39,939 nucleotides of DNA from Pachysolen tannophilus NRRL Y-2460. Lineage: Eukaryota. Positions 22,175 to 33,037 of this stretch are shown here, piece after piece. The DNA lies in NCBI GenBank assembly GCA_001661245.1, contig KV454012.1, positions 1,322,848 through 1,362,786 of the forward strand, given 5' to 3'. The notes below the pieces were generated by a model that worked only from the letters and a program-made list of their open reading frames with translations, was not told where the DNA came from and ran no database searches. The translations under genes were made by a program, and so were the position numbers. Within the stretch, counting starts at the first letter, position 1, and every line of letters begins with the position of its first letter.

Positions 22175-22709
22175 TGTTTAATATGAAAAAAAAATAAAAA
22201 TAAAAATAAAAAATGAACGGAAGAAAACGGAGAGAGTAAAATAAATAAATAAATAAAAGAAAAAATTTAATTTTAATAGTGTTGTATAATCAATCAGTTT
22301 ACACTATATATAAATAATCATTATCATTATCATTTTTTTTTTTTTTTTTTTTTTTTTNTTTTTTTTTTTTTGATTTTTTCATTTGTTTCCTTTTAGTAAA
22401 ATGTCATCGACCGCCCTTGGAATTGTTATTTAACTAAAGATCTTCTTCTTCTTCTTCTTCTTCTTTATTTTCAACACCACCCACCGCCCGCTTGTTGCCT
22501 TAATTATACTTCCTAAAAAAGAAAAATCAGAGAAGAGATGAGCTGCGCAACTGCGCAACTTGCAGCATTCTATTACAATCAATTAAGCATCTCGACATAA
22601 ACTTGGGTGGCAACACTTGATATTAATAGTCAAAGAAAAAAAAAAAAGAAAGAAAAAACAGGGTCTTTCATTATTCTTATTTATTGTATTTATTTTTGAA
22701 CTTGTAGTA

Positions 22710-22769
22710 AACCTATTGGCTTAAGCTTAACCTAGGCTTAAACCTAGCCTAGGCTTAAGCCAATAGGTT
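22710..22769. repeat. Perfect 17-bp inverted repeat with a palindrome-rich spacer
   Basis: AACCTATTGGCTTAAGC (22710-22726) and GCTTAAGCCAATAGGTT (22753-22769). Confidence 0.9.
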
Positions 22770-23502
22770 AAAAAAGTGAAAAAACCTGGGATAACATGGG
22801 CGCAACTTGTAAAATAATCAATATACCCAGCCGCGAACTCGCGAACCCGTGAACCCGCCAATCCGCGCCAATCCGCCTGTATTCCTACCGGTAATTTGAG
22901 GGATTGCAAACGAAAAAATGCACCTGGAAGGGTAATTTCGCGCAGAGAAAGAATTAAAATAAAATAAAGAATTAAAAGAAATAAAGATTAATAGAATTAT
23001 ATAATTAAAATAAGTATTAATCTAGAACTATAATAATATAATAGAATTAATAGTATATCATCATCATATATTTATTTGCCTTAATAAATTTTTTTTTTCT
23101 TTTTTTTTTTTTTTTTTTTTCTTCTCTTTCAAATATTAATTCATTTTATAAAAAAATAATCTTTAATCTTTGATAGGTTCGGTTCGTGTTTAACAAAGAT
23201 AGAAATTATTAATAATAATAATAATATTAATAAAAAGTATTTACTTCAATACTCATTTATCTGTTAAGTTCAGTTCAATCTTTTAGTAATTTGTTAAATT
23301 TTTTTTTTTTTTTTAAAAAAAAAGAAAATCATTTTATCAATTTATATTTTTTAAAAGAGTTAAAAGTTTTGAGTATTAAAGATTATTTTATCAATTAATT
23401 TGGTTTCATAATTGGATTCCATTGAATTTAGTTCAATTATTATTATTATTATAGAATTTTTTTATTTTTTTTTTTTCAAATTGGTAAATCATTTCTGAGG
23501 AA

Positions 23503-26232
23503 ATGGAATTAGGAGAGAAAAATTCAAATGCTGTACAATTACTGAAAGATGAAGATATCAACGATTTAGAATCATTTCATAATGATCATGAAACTTATGT
23601 TAATAGGTATGGTAATAGACCTTGTCCATCTGCTTTATATATTAAATCTAACATCGATATTGGAGATAGAGTTAAACATATTGCGATTGATTATGATGCT
23701 ATAGAAGTGTTGGTGTTTGCAAGTCAGCCCAGTACAGCTTCGGATTCTATAGCTATAACTATTGGTGATGGCGCTTCTAAAAATGCTGCTGCTCAAACTC
23801 TGAAACTGGATCAAAACTTGGATCAGGTTAAAACTTTTGATAAATCTCCAAATGAAACAACAATTTTTACAAAGACAACAAAAACCGGTTCTAATGAAAT
23901 TAACAAAAATGATGACGTAGATTCAAGTTCTGGAATTGGTACAAGTACATCGTCCACTGTTGAAGCTAATACCGATGTTCAAGTGGCCCAAGATGGGATT
24001 TTGAAAAATGATTCAATAAAATCTACAACAGGTCAAGGTCAAAGTCAAAGTCAAAGTCCTGCTACTAGCCCTTCTTCAGGTCAAAAACTGAAAAATCCAC
24101 AACATATAACAATAAGGTTCAAAGATGCAAGTCCTGCAGAAGCATGCAAAGAAAGTATTGAGAAAGAATTTTCAAATGATGATATAAGTATTGAAATCAC
24201 TTATGATACTATGTCACACCCTGGTAATATATATATTAGAGGTTTATTACCACAAACTACAAGAGAAGCATTGGAAAAAATGTTTGAACCTTATGGTCAG
24301 ATTACTTCTTGTAAAGTTATAATGGATGAAGAAAATAATAGTAAAAGATATGGTTTCATCAATTATACTTTAAAATCATCTGCTGATAGAGCTATAAGAG
24401 AATTACACGGTAAAGTAATTGATGGTAACGAATTATATGTAAATCATCATATTTCTAAAAAAGAAAGATTGGAAAAATTGGCATTAGAAAAAATTAATTA
24501 TACAAATTTATACATTAAAAATATCCCAGAATCAATGAGAGAACTGGATTTAATAAAATTATTTGAAAATTATGGGAAAGTGGAATCTGTTTTCTTACCA
24601 AGAGAAGAACCAGATATTGAATCTCTGGATAATAATAATAATACAGTTCAAGAAAGTGAAGAGAATAAACAAAAACAAGAAGATCTTCCTATAAGAGGTT
24701 TTGGATTTGTCAATTTTACAAATCATAACCATGCATTACATGCACAACAAGCTTTAAATAATTATGAAATATTACCAGGAATTCGTATTTCAGTATCAAA
24801 AGCTCAAAAGAAAGAAAAAAATAATACAGGAAATTTAAGCCCTTCAACAAATAGTGTAATCAATGAATCACTTCCTTCATTTGATTTTAATAGAGCTTTC
24901 AGTCGCATGTCAATTGCTCCCAATCTTTATGCACCACCGCCTCCCACAAATTATGGAATGGCCCCTCTGTCGCTTTCATCTAATCCGCTGCTGCTGCTGC
25001 TGCTGCAATTTTATTTACTGCAATCAATGATGGCTACTTCTGGCCAACAGCTGTCACCACACTTACAGCAACAGCAGCAGCAACAACAACAACAACAACA
25101 GCAACAACAACAATCACTGGTCCTGCAACAGCAACAGCAGCAACAACAGCAACATCATCATCATCATAATCGTCATCATCAAGATCAGCAATCACAGCAA
25201 CAGCAACAAAAGCGTTACAACAACAAAAAACAACATCCTCAACAAGTAATATTTCCTCCTAATAGTTCTTTACCAATGGCAGGTCCTGCATATCAAGATT
25301 CCAACCTTTACATTAAAAACTTGTCATTAGATATAGGTGATGATGAATTAAGTGAATTATTTGGAAAATACGGAGAAATAGTAAGTGCAAAAGTTATAAC
25401 TAGCGATGGTACAAAATCAAAAGGTTATGGATTTGTTTGTTTTAAGACTCCGGAGGAAGCAGCTCAAGCTTTAGTGGATATGAACGGCTTTGAACTTGAT
25501 GATACTCATGTTTTACATGTTTCATATGCTCAACGCAAGGATAATAGAGTTGGACCTAACGGAGTTGTTCATCATTACATTCAAAATCATTTTTTGAATA
25601 ACTATGGAGGACCAGCTACCGGTTTACCTCAACCTTCATTAGCGCCAGGCACTAAAAAACCACCGAATAATCTGTTTTACCCGCAATCTCCGGCTGCATA
25701 CTATTATTACCCGCCTACAGCTGCATCTGCTATGCTGGGTCCTGCAAACCCTTACTATGGTTACCCAGCACCACCATATTCAATGATGCTGCCAATTCCA
25801 TCTGCAAAAGCTGCTAATGAATATGATATTTATTCTCATCAACAACAGAAACAACAGCAACAACAACAGCAACAGCAATACCCATACCCGCAACTGCAAA
25901 ATCTTTCTGCTCCCGGTGGTGGATTAGAGAATAGCAATACCTATAATTCCACAGATTATTATCCTTATCCTCAACCTCCGAGGCAGCCATCTTATCAAGA
26001 GCCACCTTATAGTGCGTACCCGAGGACGACGCCTAATTTGAGATACCAAGGTTTTCCTACATCATCTGCAAGTCCTGCTCGAGGTGCTTATTCGCCCACT
26101 AAGGTGCTTGCTAGTCCATCTGAAGGTTCATCTTACGGAGCTGGTATACCTCTTCCATTACCTGTATATAATCAGAAAAAGAGGACCAGTTGGAGTGGAA
26201 CTGGAGGTGGATCAAAGAACTACGACATCTAA
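23503..26232 (+). CDS. PES4: PABP-related multi-RRM RNA-binding protein, Pes4/Mip6-like
   Basis: Three clear RRMs (NIYIRGL/RYGFINY; NLYIKNI/RGFGFVNF; NLYIKNL/KGYGFVCF), polyQ/H linkers, a Pro/Tyr-rich tail and no PABC domain. Orthology is inferred. Confidence 0.65.
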   Translation: MELGEKNSNAVQLLKDEDINDLESFHNDHETYVNRYGNRPCPSALYIKSNIDIGDRVKHIAIDYDAIEVLVFASQPSTASDSIAITIGDGASKNAAAQTLKLDQNLDQVKTFDKSPNETTIFTKTTKTGSNEINKNDDVDSSSGIGTSTSSTVEANTDVQVAQDGILKNDSIKSTTGQGQSQSQSPATSPSSGQKLKNPQHITIRFKDASPAEACKESIEKEFSNDDISIEITYDTMSHPGNIYIRGLLPQTTREALEKMFEPYGQITSCKVIMDEENNSKRYGFINYTLKSSADRAIRELHGKVIDGNELYVNHHISKKERLEKLALEKINYTNLYIKNIPESMRELDLIKLFENYGKVESVFLPREEPDIESLDNNNNTVQESEENKQKQEDLPIRGFGFVNFTNHNHALHAQQALNNYEILPGIRISVSKAQKKEKNNTGNLSPSTNSVINESLPSFDFNRAFSRMSIAPNLYAPPPPTNYGMAPLSLSSNPLLLLLLQFYLLQSMMATSGQQLSPHLQQQQQQQQQQQQQQQQSLVLQQQQQQQQQHHHHHNRHHQDQQSQQQQQKRYNNKKQHPQQVIFPPNSSLPMAGPAYQDSNLYIKNLSLDIGDDELSELFGKYGEIVSAKVITSDGTKSKGYGFVCFKTPEEAAQALVDMNGFELDDTHVLHVSYAQRKDNRVGPNGVVHHYIQNHFLNNYGGPATGLPQPSLAPGTKKPPNNLFYPQSPAAYYYYPPTAASAMLGPANPYYGYPAPPYSMMLPIPSAKAANEYDIYSHQQQKQQQQQQQQQYPYPQLQNLSAPGGGLENSNTYNSTDYYPYPQPPRQPSYQEPPYSAYPRTTPNLRYQGFPTSSASPARGAYSPTKVLASPSEGSSYGAGIPLPLPVYNQKKRTSWSGTGGGSKNYDI

Positions 26233-26900
26233 AATTTGAAAAGAATTTAAAACAAAATAAAAATCAAAAATGCTGTTATGAATTTCATGAAAATAAGGAA
26301 TAAGGAATACGGAACAAGGATTTTAGGAAAACAGGCAAAATAATTTAAAAAACCAAAAAACCAAAAAACAAAAAATAAAAAAATAGTAAAATAAACTAAA
26401 ATTCAAAAAAAAATTTTAAAAAAACAAATTAAAAGTAAAATGGAAAAAAAATATTATTCTGGTGATTGGGTTTTGGCTTTAAATCTTTTTATTTTTTTTT
26501 TTCTTTTTTTTCTTTTTTAATCATTTTTTTCGTTGATATTAATAATTTTAATATCCTGATTTGTTGGTTTTCTTTTTTTTTATTTTATTTTATTTTATTT
26601 TAGTTTAAATAGGAGGAGAGTGTAATGTTAGTTTTTCTTTTTTTTTTCTTTTTTGTAAATTTATAAATTTTATATTCCCAAGTCCTTATTCCTTATATTT
26701 AATTATATTTTCGAATATTTACATACCTAAACAAAATGACCAAAAAAAAAAAAAAAGAGAAAATGAATAACATGATATAGATAGAGACTTGTTATAAAGA
26801 AACACACAAAATTATTTTTTTTTTTTTTTTTGCCATTATGAAAGAAAAAAAAAAAGAAGAAAAAGTCATAAAATCATCAAATTATCTTTTTATAAAATTT

Positions 26901-27767
26901 TTATAAAATAGGAGGAACATCATCAGCCATTTCTCTATTCAATTTTGCCAGATTTGTTAATCTTTGTTTTTCTAATTCCATCAATGCAGCTTCATTTTCC
27001 ACTGGAGGTTCTTCTATTTGTTCCACATTTTTAACTTCTTCAATATAATGTTTTAACATGGATTCAATACCATTTTTTAAAGTAACAGCAGATGAACTAC
27101 AAGATCTACAAGCACCTCTTAATTTTAAAAAAACAGTGCCTGAATCTTCATCAAAACTAACAAAATCAATATCTCCACCATCATCTTGAATAGCAGGTCT
27201 AATTCTTGTAAAAATTAATTCTTTAATCATCAAGACAATTTCATCATCATCTTCATCAAATCCAGGATCTTCTATTTGTTCATGACCTTCAAGAAAAATT
27301 GGTGTACCAGAATTAAGAAATTCTGTTAATATTGCAAAAATTTCTGGTTTTAATAAACTCCAATCTTCTTCTATAGATTTTTCCACAGTAATAAAATCAG
27401 ATCCAAACATTACAGCTTTTATACCATCAATAGCAAATAATTTCATTGCTAATGGTGATTTATAAGCCTCTCTACCAGATAAAAATTCCAAAGTTTGATC
27501 ATTTTCTAAAATCTTTATCGATGGTAGAAATTTTAAAGCTGAATCATTAGGTGTTGTTTGAGTTTGAATAAATAAACTTCTCCTTGAATTAACTCCTCTT
27601 AAAGCTAGATTTAATGAATTCACACCACTCACACCACTTGCACCACTCGCACTACCAAAAACATTACCATTTATTATTAAATCTCTTTTAACCGCCATTA
27701 CATTTAATCCAAAACCTCTCATCACACCTCTCCTATAAAAAGTTGAAAACCCTCTTTGACTTATCAT
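26901..27767 (-). CDS. NFU1: Mitochondrial Fe-S cluster carrier, NifU-like
   Basis: First ATG is at 27767. Arg-rich presequence, LFIQTQTTPNDSALKFLP, RIRPAIQDDGGDI and GACRSCSSSAVTLKNGIE (CxxC). Confidence 0.95.
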   Translation of the reverse strand: MISQRGFSTFYRRGVMRGFGLNVMAVKRDLIINGNVFGSASGASGVSGVNSLNLALRGVNSRRSLFIQTQTTPNDSALKFLPSIKILENDQTLEFLSGREAYKSPLAMKLFAIDGIKAVMFGSDFITVEKSIEEDWSLLKPEIFAILTEFLNSGTPIFLEGHEQIEDPGFDEDDDEIVLMIKELIFTRIRPAIQDDGGDIDFVSFDEDSGTVFLKLRGACRSCSSSAVTLKNGIESMLKHYIEEVKNVEQIEEPPVENEAALMELEKQRLTNLAKLNREMADDVPPIL

Positions 27768-28226
27768 TATATCCGAGCTAAAATGAAAAAACCCCAAAAA
27801 AAAAGAAAAAGAAAAAAAAACCCACAACAAAACTATACTATGTAACTCAAATTTATTTTAATATTATAAAAAATAAAAAAAAAAAAAATAATTTAAACAA
27901 AATATAAATGAATTAATAATTTAGACGGGAATCTCTTTCTCCATCGAGACAAAATCGAATTTTTTAGAAAAAAATTAAAAAAAAAAAAAAATTCCGGAGA
28001 AAAGTAGTGTTAACAATTACAAAGATTCCATTTACGGTAATTTACAGTAATTTGCGGTAAAATTACTGTTTTAGGTTATTAACCCCGGTTTTATATTTGA
28101 GAAACCTATTATTATTAGTATTCTTTAGTACTCTATTTGACTATATGGGTATAATTGAATGAAAAATGTATATACATATATCTATAGATCTATCTATCTA
28201 TCTATCTATAGATTGATTTGAGTTTT

Positions 28227-31200
28227 TCAAGATTTTCTGTTAAAATCTAAAGCTGTAATTTTTGATCTTTCACACATTTTTTGGAAAATACCTTCTTTGT
28301 TGAATAATACCCATGGAGTATTAAATTGTTGGACTTGACCTTTATCTAAGACTAAAATTCTATCATAATCAACAATAGTTTTCAATCTATGAGCAATACA
28401 TAAGATTGTACAAGAACTAAATTCTTGAACAATTGTTTTTTGAATTTTAGCATCTGTTTCATAATCAACTGATGAAGTAGCTTCATCTAAAATTAAAATT
28501 TTTGAATTTCTAACAACTGCTCTAGCTAATGCAATTAATTGTTTTTCACCAAGTGAAAAATTTGATCCATCATCTTCAACAACTTGATCCAAATGGAATT
28601 TATGCAATTGTGGATCTGTTAATGCTTGACATTTAACTTTTGATAATTCAGATTCTTCAATTAATCCACTTCTTCTTAATGCTCCCCATAATTCATCATC
28701 ATTATGTTTGTTAAAAGGATCAAGATTCTTCCTAATATTACCTCTAAATAAAACTGGATCTTGTGGAATAATGGAAAGTTTGGATCTTAAAGAATTTAAT
28801 CCAATCTTAGCAATATTAATACCATCAATATTAATTTCACCATTGGCCAATTCAGCTAATCTATATAATGCAGTCATTATTGAAGATTTACCAGCTCCTG
28901 TTCTACCACAAATACCAATTTTTTCACCAGCCTTGACACTAAAAGAAATATTATTCAAGACTAATGGTAATCCAGGTCTATAAGCTAAAGAAACATTTTT
29001 AAATTCAACAACTCCATGTTGTGGCCATGTTGGTGGTGGTGCTGTTTCAGGAATATCAAATGGAGCTTCACTAGGTAAATGGAATGCATAATAATCTAAT
29101 CTTTCAACAGAATTCATTTCATTCTCAACTTGTGTCATTGCTCTAATTAATAATGACAATTGACCAGCAATTTGCATAACATAAGAAACTAATAAACCTA
29201 CAGATGCAGCACTGATTTGGAATTGTCTAGTAACCGATAATAAAGCTATAATTAGGGCAAATGCAGAAGCAACCAAATCCAAATGAATACCTAACCATCT
29301 TTGATTAGAAAGTGAAATGAAATATGCTTCATTCATACGATTGATATATAGATTATTCTTTATTAAAAATCTGCTTTCTGCTTTAAACGATTTAATTGTA
29401 GTCATTCCTCCTAAAGTTTCATTGAAATTGTTATAGACAAAAGATCTCAGAAGTGCTTCCAATCTTTTAATCTCTCTTGAAGAAGCTTGATAGAAATTAG
29501 CAAATCCAATGAAAAGCAGAACCAAAAATGGAACAGCTATAGCAAACCAAGGTAAATAAATAATACAAAGAATAAGAACACCACAAACATTAGCAGTAGG
29601 ATATATGAACAATCTAAGTTGTTGCGAAATTTCATTATCCAATGCATCGGTGTCCTTGGTGAATCTATTCAAAATTCTACCAATAGGAGTAGTATCAAAA
29701 AATGACATTGGTGCATGCAATAAATTCGTGACTGCTGCAATATTTAATAATTTTGATGCCTTGTTAGTAATGAAAACAATCAAGGAAAATTCTGTGCTAA
29801 CAAATATAATGGTAAGGCAAGTGAACAGTACATAGAGTCCAATATAAAAACCAGAAGATCTCCCTGGAAATTTTTCCTCTGTCCAAAAGGATAACCAAGT
29901 ATTTGTAAATAATTGAAAAAAAGTTGCCAAAATCACAAAGAAAAAGAAAACAGGGGTCATTCCTGCTTTTAGAGCGCCTGAACCAGCCATAACATAGTTT
30001 TTGTAAATGCTAAAGCTAATACCGTTAATAGCTCTTTCTTCCTTTTGGATCAACTGTGCTTCTCCTGTTTTGGAAGTAAAATCTTTTCTACTTTCTTCAT
30101 CATCTTCATCATTATCATTCAATAATGATTTTTCTGTCATCTGTCTCTTTAACTCCTTATCTTCTTCATCATTCATTTCTTTCTGTTCTTCTTCAGTATT
30201 TTTTTCATCATTACTAAACTCCATCAAGTTCAAAAATGCTGCATTACTCTTTAATAGCTCATCAGGTGTCCCAATATCGACTGTACCATCTCCATTCAAG
30301 AATATAACTCTATCTGCAGAATTAATCATAGACAACTGGTGAGTAGCCAAGATTCTCGTTTTATCTTTTAAAAGACCCATAAAGCAATTATCCATAATAT
30401 GTTTACCAACTCTGGCATCTACAGCGCTCAAGACATCATCCAATAAGATGATATCATTAACAGCATAAACTGCCCTTGCCAAGTTAATTCTCGCTTTTTG
30501 ACCACCAGATAGAGTTATACCTCTCTCACCGATTTCGGTTCTATCACCAGCTGGTAATATATCCAAATCCGCATCCAAAGAGCATGCATATATTGTGTCT
30601 TTATATTTTTTTTCATCATATTCTGAGTCGAACAATATATTTTCTTTTACCGGAGCATTTTGAATCCATGGATAACCACATAACAACAAAGAACCATTTA
30701 TCTTTAGTTCTCCTTCTTCCTTATCCATAAATCCTGCAAGAGCGTTCAACAACGAAGATTTACCACTTCCAATAATACCTGTGATAATAATAAATTCTCC
30801 TTGTTTGATATCAAAATCCAAATGTTTCAAGCCTGGAAATTTTGTATGTTTAACTGAGAGTGAAGATGACTGATCAAAGTTCCCGGAAAGCTGTTTATTT
30901 ATATTGTTTAATCTTTCTTCTTCTCTTTCAATTTGCTTCTCTTTTTCTTCTTCTTCTTTTGATGGAGATACGCTTTCATCAATTTGTTCAAATGTTTTCC
31001 ATTGGAAAGTTGCATTTCTCACTGAAATAGCCAATTTTTTTTCTATTAATTCATCTACATCAACATAACTTGATTCTCTATCTTTTGGGTCATCTTCACC
31101 ACTTTGTAATAAACCTCTTACTCTATCAATACCCACCAAAGCGTCGGATCCAGTAGCCAACAGAAGGGGTAACATCATAATTTGTTGGGATAAGACGTTG

Positions 31201-32492
31201 AACAAACTTAACGAAGCAAAAATTTGTCCTGCACTTCTATTCTTATCGACTGCATACATAACTAAGAAAGAAACCATTGAAGAAATTTGAGGCAAACAAA
31301 CAGCGTAAGCAGTAAGGAAATTTCTCAAAATTTGTAATTTAAAAATATTATACATTTCTGAAGTTCTCACATCAGCAATTGTTTCTTTATAAGATGGTTC
31401 CCAAGAATAATACTTGATAATTCTTACATTATTTAACAATTCTTTCATGTAGTTAATTCTACTATCAGTAAACTTGGTTATCTTCTTTCTGTAAGAAAAC
31501 AATTTCTTTGTAGCAAGTGCAATAATTATTGTTGAGATAATGAAAATACCAATACCTGCCAATGAAGAAACACCTATATTAACGATTAATAAGGCAATTG
31601 AAATTGCAACTGGTATTGGAAATACAATCAGAATAGGTTGAAACCCAATACCTAAATCGACTCTTGATAAATCTGTACCCAACATTGAAGTTATCTTACT
31701 TGCTGGATAATTATGTCTTCCTTTTGCATTTAATTTGAAAGATTTTTCCAACATGGCTTTAGTTAAAGTAGCCTTTGATTTCGCACCAACTTGAGTAGAA
31801 AGATTGAAAAAATGATTAATTAAAATACCTGAAACTGAAACTAACAGAGAACACCCTATAGCATAACCTACACCATGTCCTATATTAGTTTTATAACCCA
31901 AGACTCTATCCTCCACAAAGTCAATTAAGGCTTTTGATAAAAGAGGGTTTAAAGTAAAACCAACATCAGCTAGTGCAACAAATACAATAGAAAGTGAATA
32001 TTCCCATTTAAAAGTATCAAATAAAGCCCACACTAAAGAATATCTTGGATATTCGAATTCAAATTCGTTATCCTCATTTGGATCAAACGTTCCATTTTTC
32101 TTTTTTTCTTCTAATAATTTTAAATGTGCTTCTCTTGCCTTTTGAGTTCTCTTTGCTAATCTTTTTTCAAAAATTGCATAATATTCTTCAATTTTTAAAT
32201 CACCATCTAAATACCATAAATCTTCTTGTTGTAAAGTTCTCTTATATCCTGTATTCATAAGCGGCATTAACCACCAGAAAAAAATTTTATAAATAATATT
32301 TGCTTTACGGAAGGGGTATGGTTTCCTTTCATCAGGTGTTGGAATTGGAGGTACCTTTTTAGAAAATAAAAAAGAAAACAACCTTCTCTGTTTCATATAT
32401 TCAACAGGTTGAGCTTCCTCAATCATAGCATGAGACTTGCCATTTTTTTCCTTTTCAAACACTTGAATAGAAGAACTTTCATCTTCAGCCAT
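28227..32492 (-). CDS. YOR1: ABCC/MRP-type plasma-membrane ABC transporter
   Basis: TMD-NBD-TMD-NBD order. GIIGSGKSS, NGSLLLCGYPWIQNA (Yor1-type), LSGGQKARINLARAVY, GRTGAGKSS, HKFHLDQVVEDDGSNFSLGE and LDEATSSVD. Confidence 0.92.
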   Translation of the reverse strand: MAEDESSSIQVFEKEKNGKSHAMIEEAQPVEYMKQRRLFSFLFSKKVPPIPTPDERKPYPFRKANIIYKIFFWWLMPLMNTGYKRTLQQEDLWYLDGDLKIEEYYAIFEKRLAKRTQKAREAHLKLLEEKKKNGTFDPNEDNEFEFEYPRYSLVWALFDTFKWEYSLSIVFVALADVGFTLNPLLSKALIDFVEDRVLGYKTNIGHGVGYAIGCSLLVSVSGILINHFFNLSTQVGAKSKATLTKAMLEKSFKLNAKGRHNYPASKITSMLGTDLSRVDLGIGFQPILIVFPIPVAISIALLIVNIGVSSLAGIGIFIISTIIIALATKKLFSYRKKITKFTDSRINYMKELLNNVRIIKYYSWEPSYKETIADVRTSEMYNIFKLQILRNFLTAYAVCLPQISSMVSFLVMYAVDKNRSAGQIFASLSLFNVLSQQIMMLPLLLATGSDALVGIDRVRGLLQSGEDDPKDRESSYVDVDELIEKKLAISVRNATFQWKTFEQIDESVSPSKEEEEKEKQIEREEERLNNINKQLSGNFDQSSSLSVKHTKFPGLKHLDFDIKQGEFIIITGIIGSGKSSLLNALAGFMDKEEGELKINGSLLLCGYPWIQNAPVKENILFDSEYDEKKYKDTIYACSLDADLDILPAGDRTEIGERGITLSGGQKARINLARAVYAVNDIILLDDVLSAVDARVGKHIMDNCFMGLLKDKTRILATHQLSMINSADRVIFLNGDGTVDIGTPDELLKSNAAFLNLMEFSNDEKNTEEEQKEMNDEEDKELKRQMTEKSLLNDNDEDDEESRKDFTSKTGEAQLIQKEERAINGISFSIYKNYVMAGSGALKAGMTPVFFFFVILATFFQLFTNTWLSFWTEEKFPGRSSGFYIGLYVLFTCLTIIFVSTEFSLIVFITNKASKLLNIAAVTNLLHAPMSFFDTTPIGRILNRFTKDTDALDNEISQQLRLFIYPTANVCGVLILCIIYLPWFAIAVPFLVLLFIGFANFYQASSREIKRLEALLRSFVYNNFNETLGGMTTIKSFKAESRFLIKNNLYINRMNEAYFISLSNQRWLGIHLDLVASAFALIIALLSVTRQFQISAASVGLLVSYVMQIAGQLSLLIRAMTQVENEMNSVERLDYYAFHLPSEAPFDIPETAPPPTWPQHGVVEFKNVSLAYRPGLPLVLNNISFSVKAGEKIGICGRTGAGKSSIMTALYRLAELANGEINIDGINIAKIGLNSLRSKLSIIPQDPVLFRGNIRKNLDPFNKHNDDELWGALRRSGLIEESELSKVKCQALTDPQLHKFHLDQVVEDDGSNFSLGEKQLIALARAVVRNSKILILDEATSSVDYETDAKIQKTIVQEFSSCTILCIAHRLKTIVDYDRILVLDKGQVQQFNTPWVLFNKEGIFQKMCERSKITALDFNRKS

Positions 32493-33037
32493 TTTTTTTC
32501 AATGAAAAATTTTTAGATAATTATCAATCTATCTATCTATGTTAAAAATAAATATTTTTTTTTTGAAAGACCAGCTCCAAAGATGAGTGAAATAGATGAG
32601 TGAAATAGATGAGCGAAAAATTCAAAAACAAAAAAAAAAAAAATAATTAGAATACAAGTAAATAAAAAAATTAAAACTGAATAATGCAACAAATCTTTTT
32701 AAATTTTGAATTTTCCTTTCCACCAAGCAATTATAGCTTATAAATTTTCTCTATGATTTTATTGATCTTTTCGTTTTCTTTTATAGGATGAAAGATAGGC
32801 CTTTTAAATATATGATCGAGTACGAGCTCGAGATGAAAAAAAAGACAAAAATCAAAAAAAAATAAAAAATTTTTAGCTCCGAGTTTTTGTCTGTTTAGCG
32901 TTAATTCCGAGTCTAAGAAATTAGCGAAACTTTGATGTTATTAATACCGAACACCATAAAAATTTCGGAAAAGGATAGTTGCCGCTTATCTAATCAAGAC
33001 CGGAGTTTACAATTTAAGAATTCCAGAGAAAAAAAAC

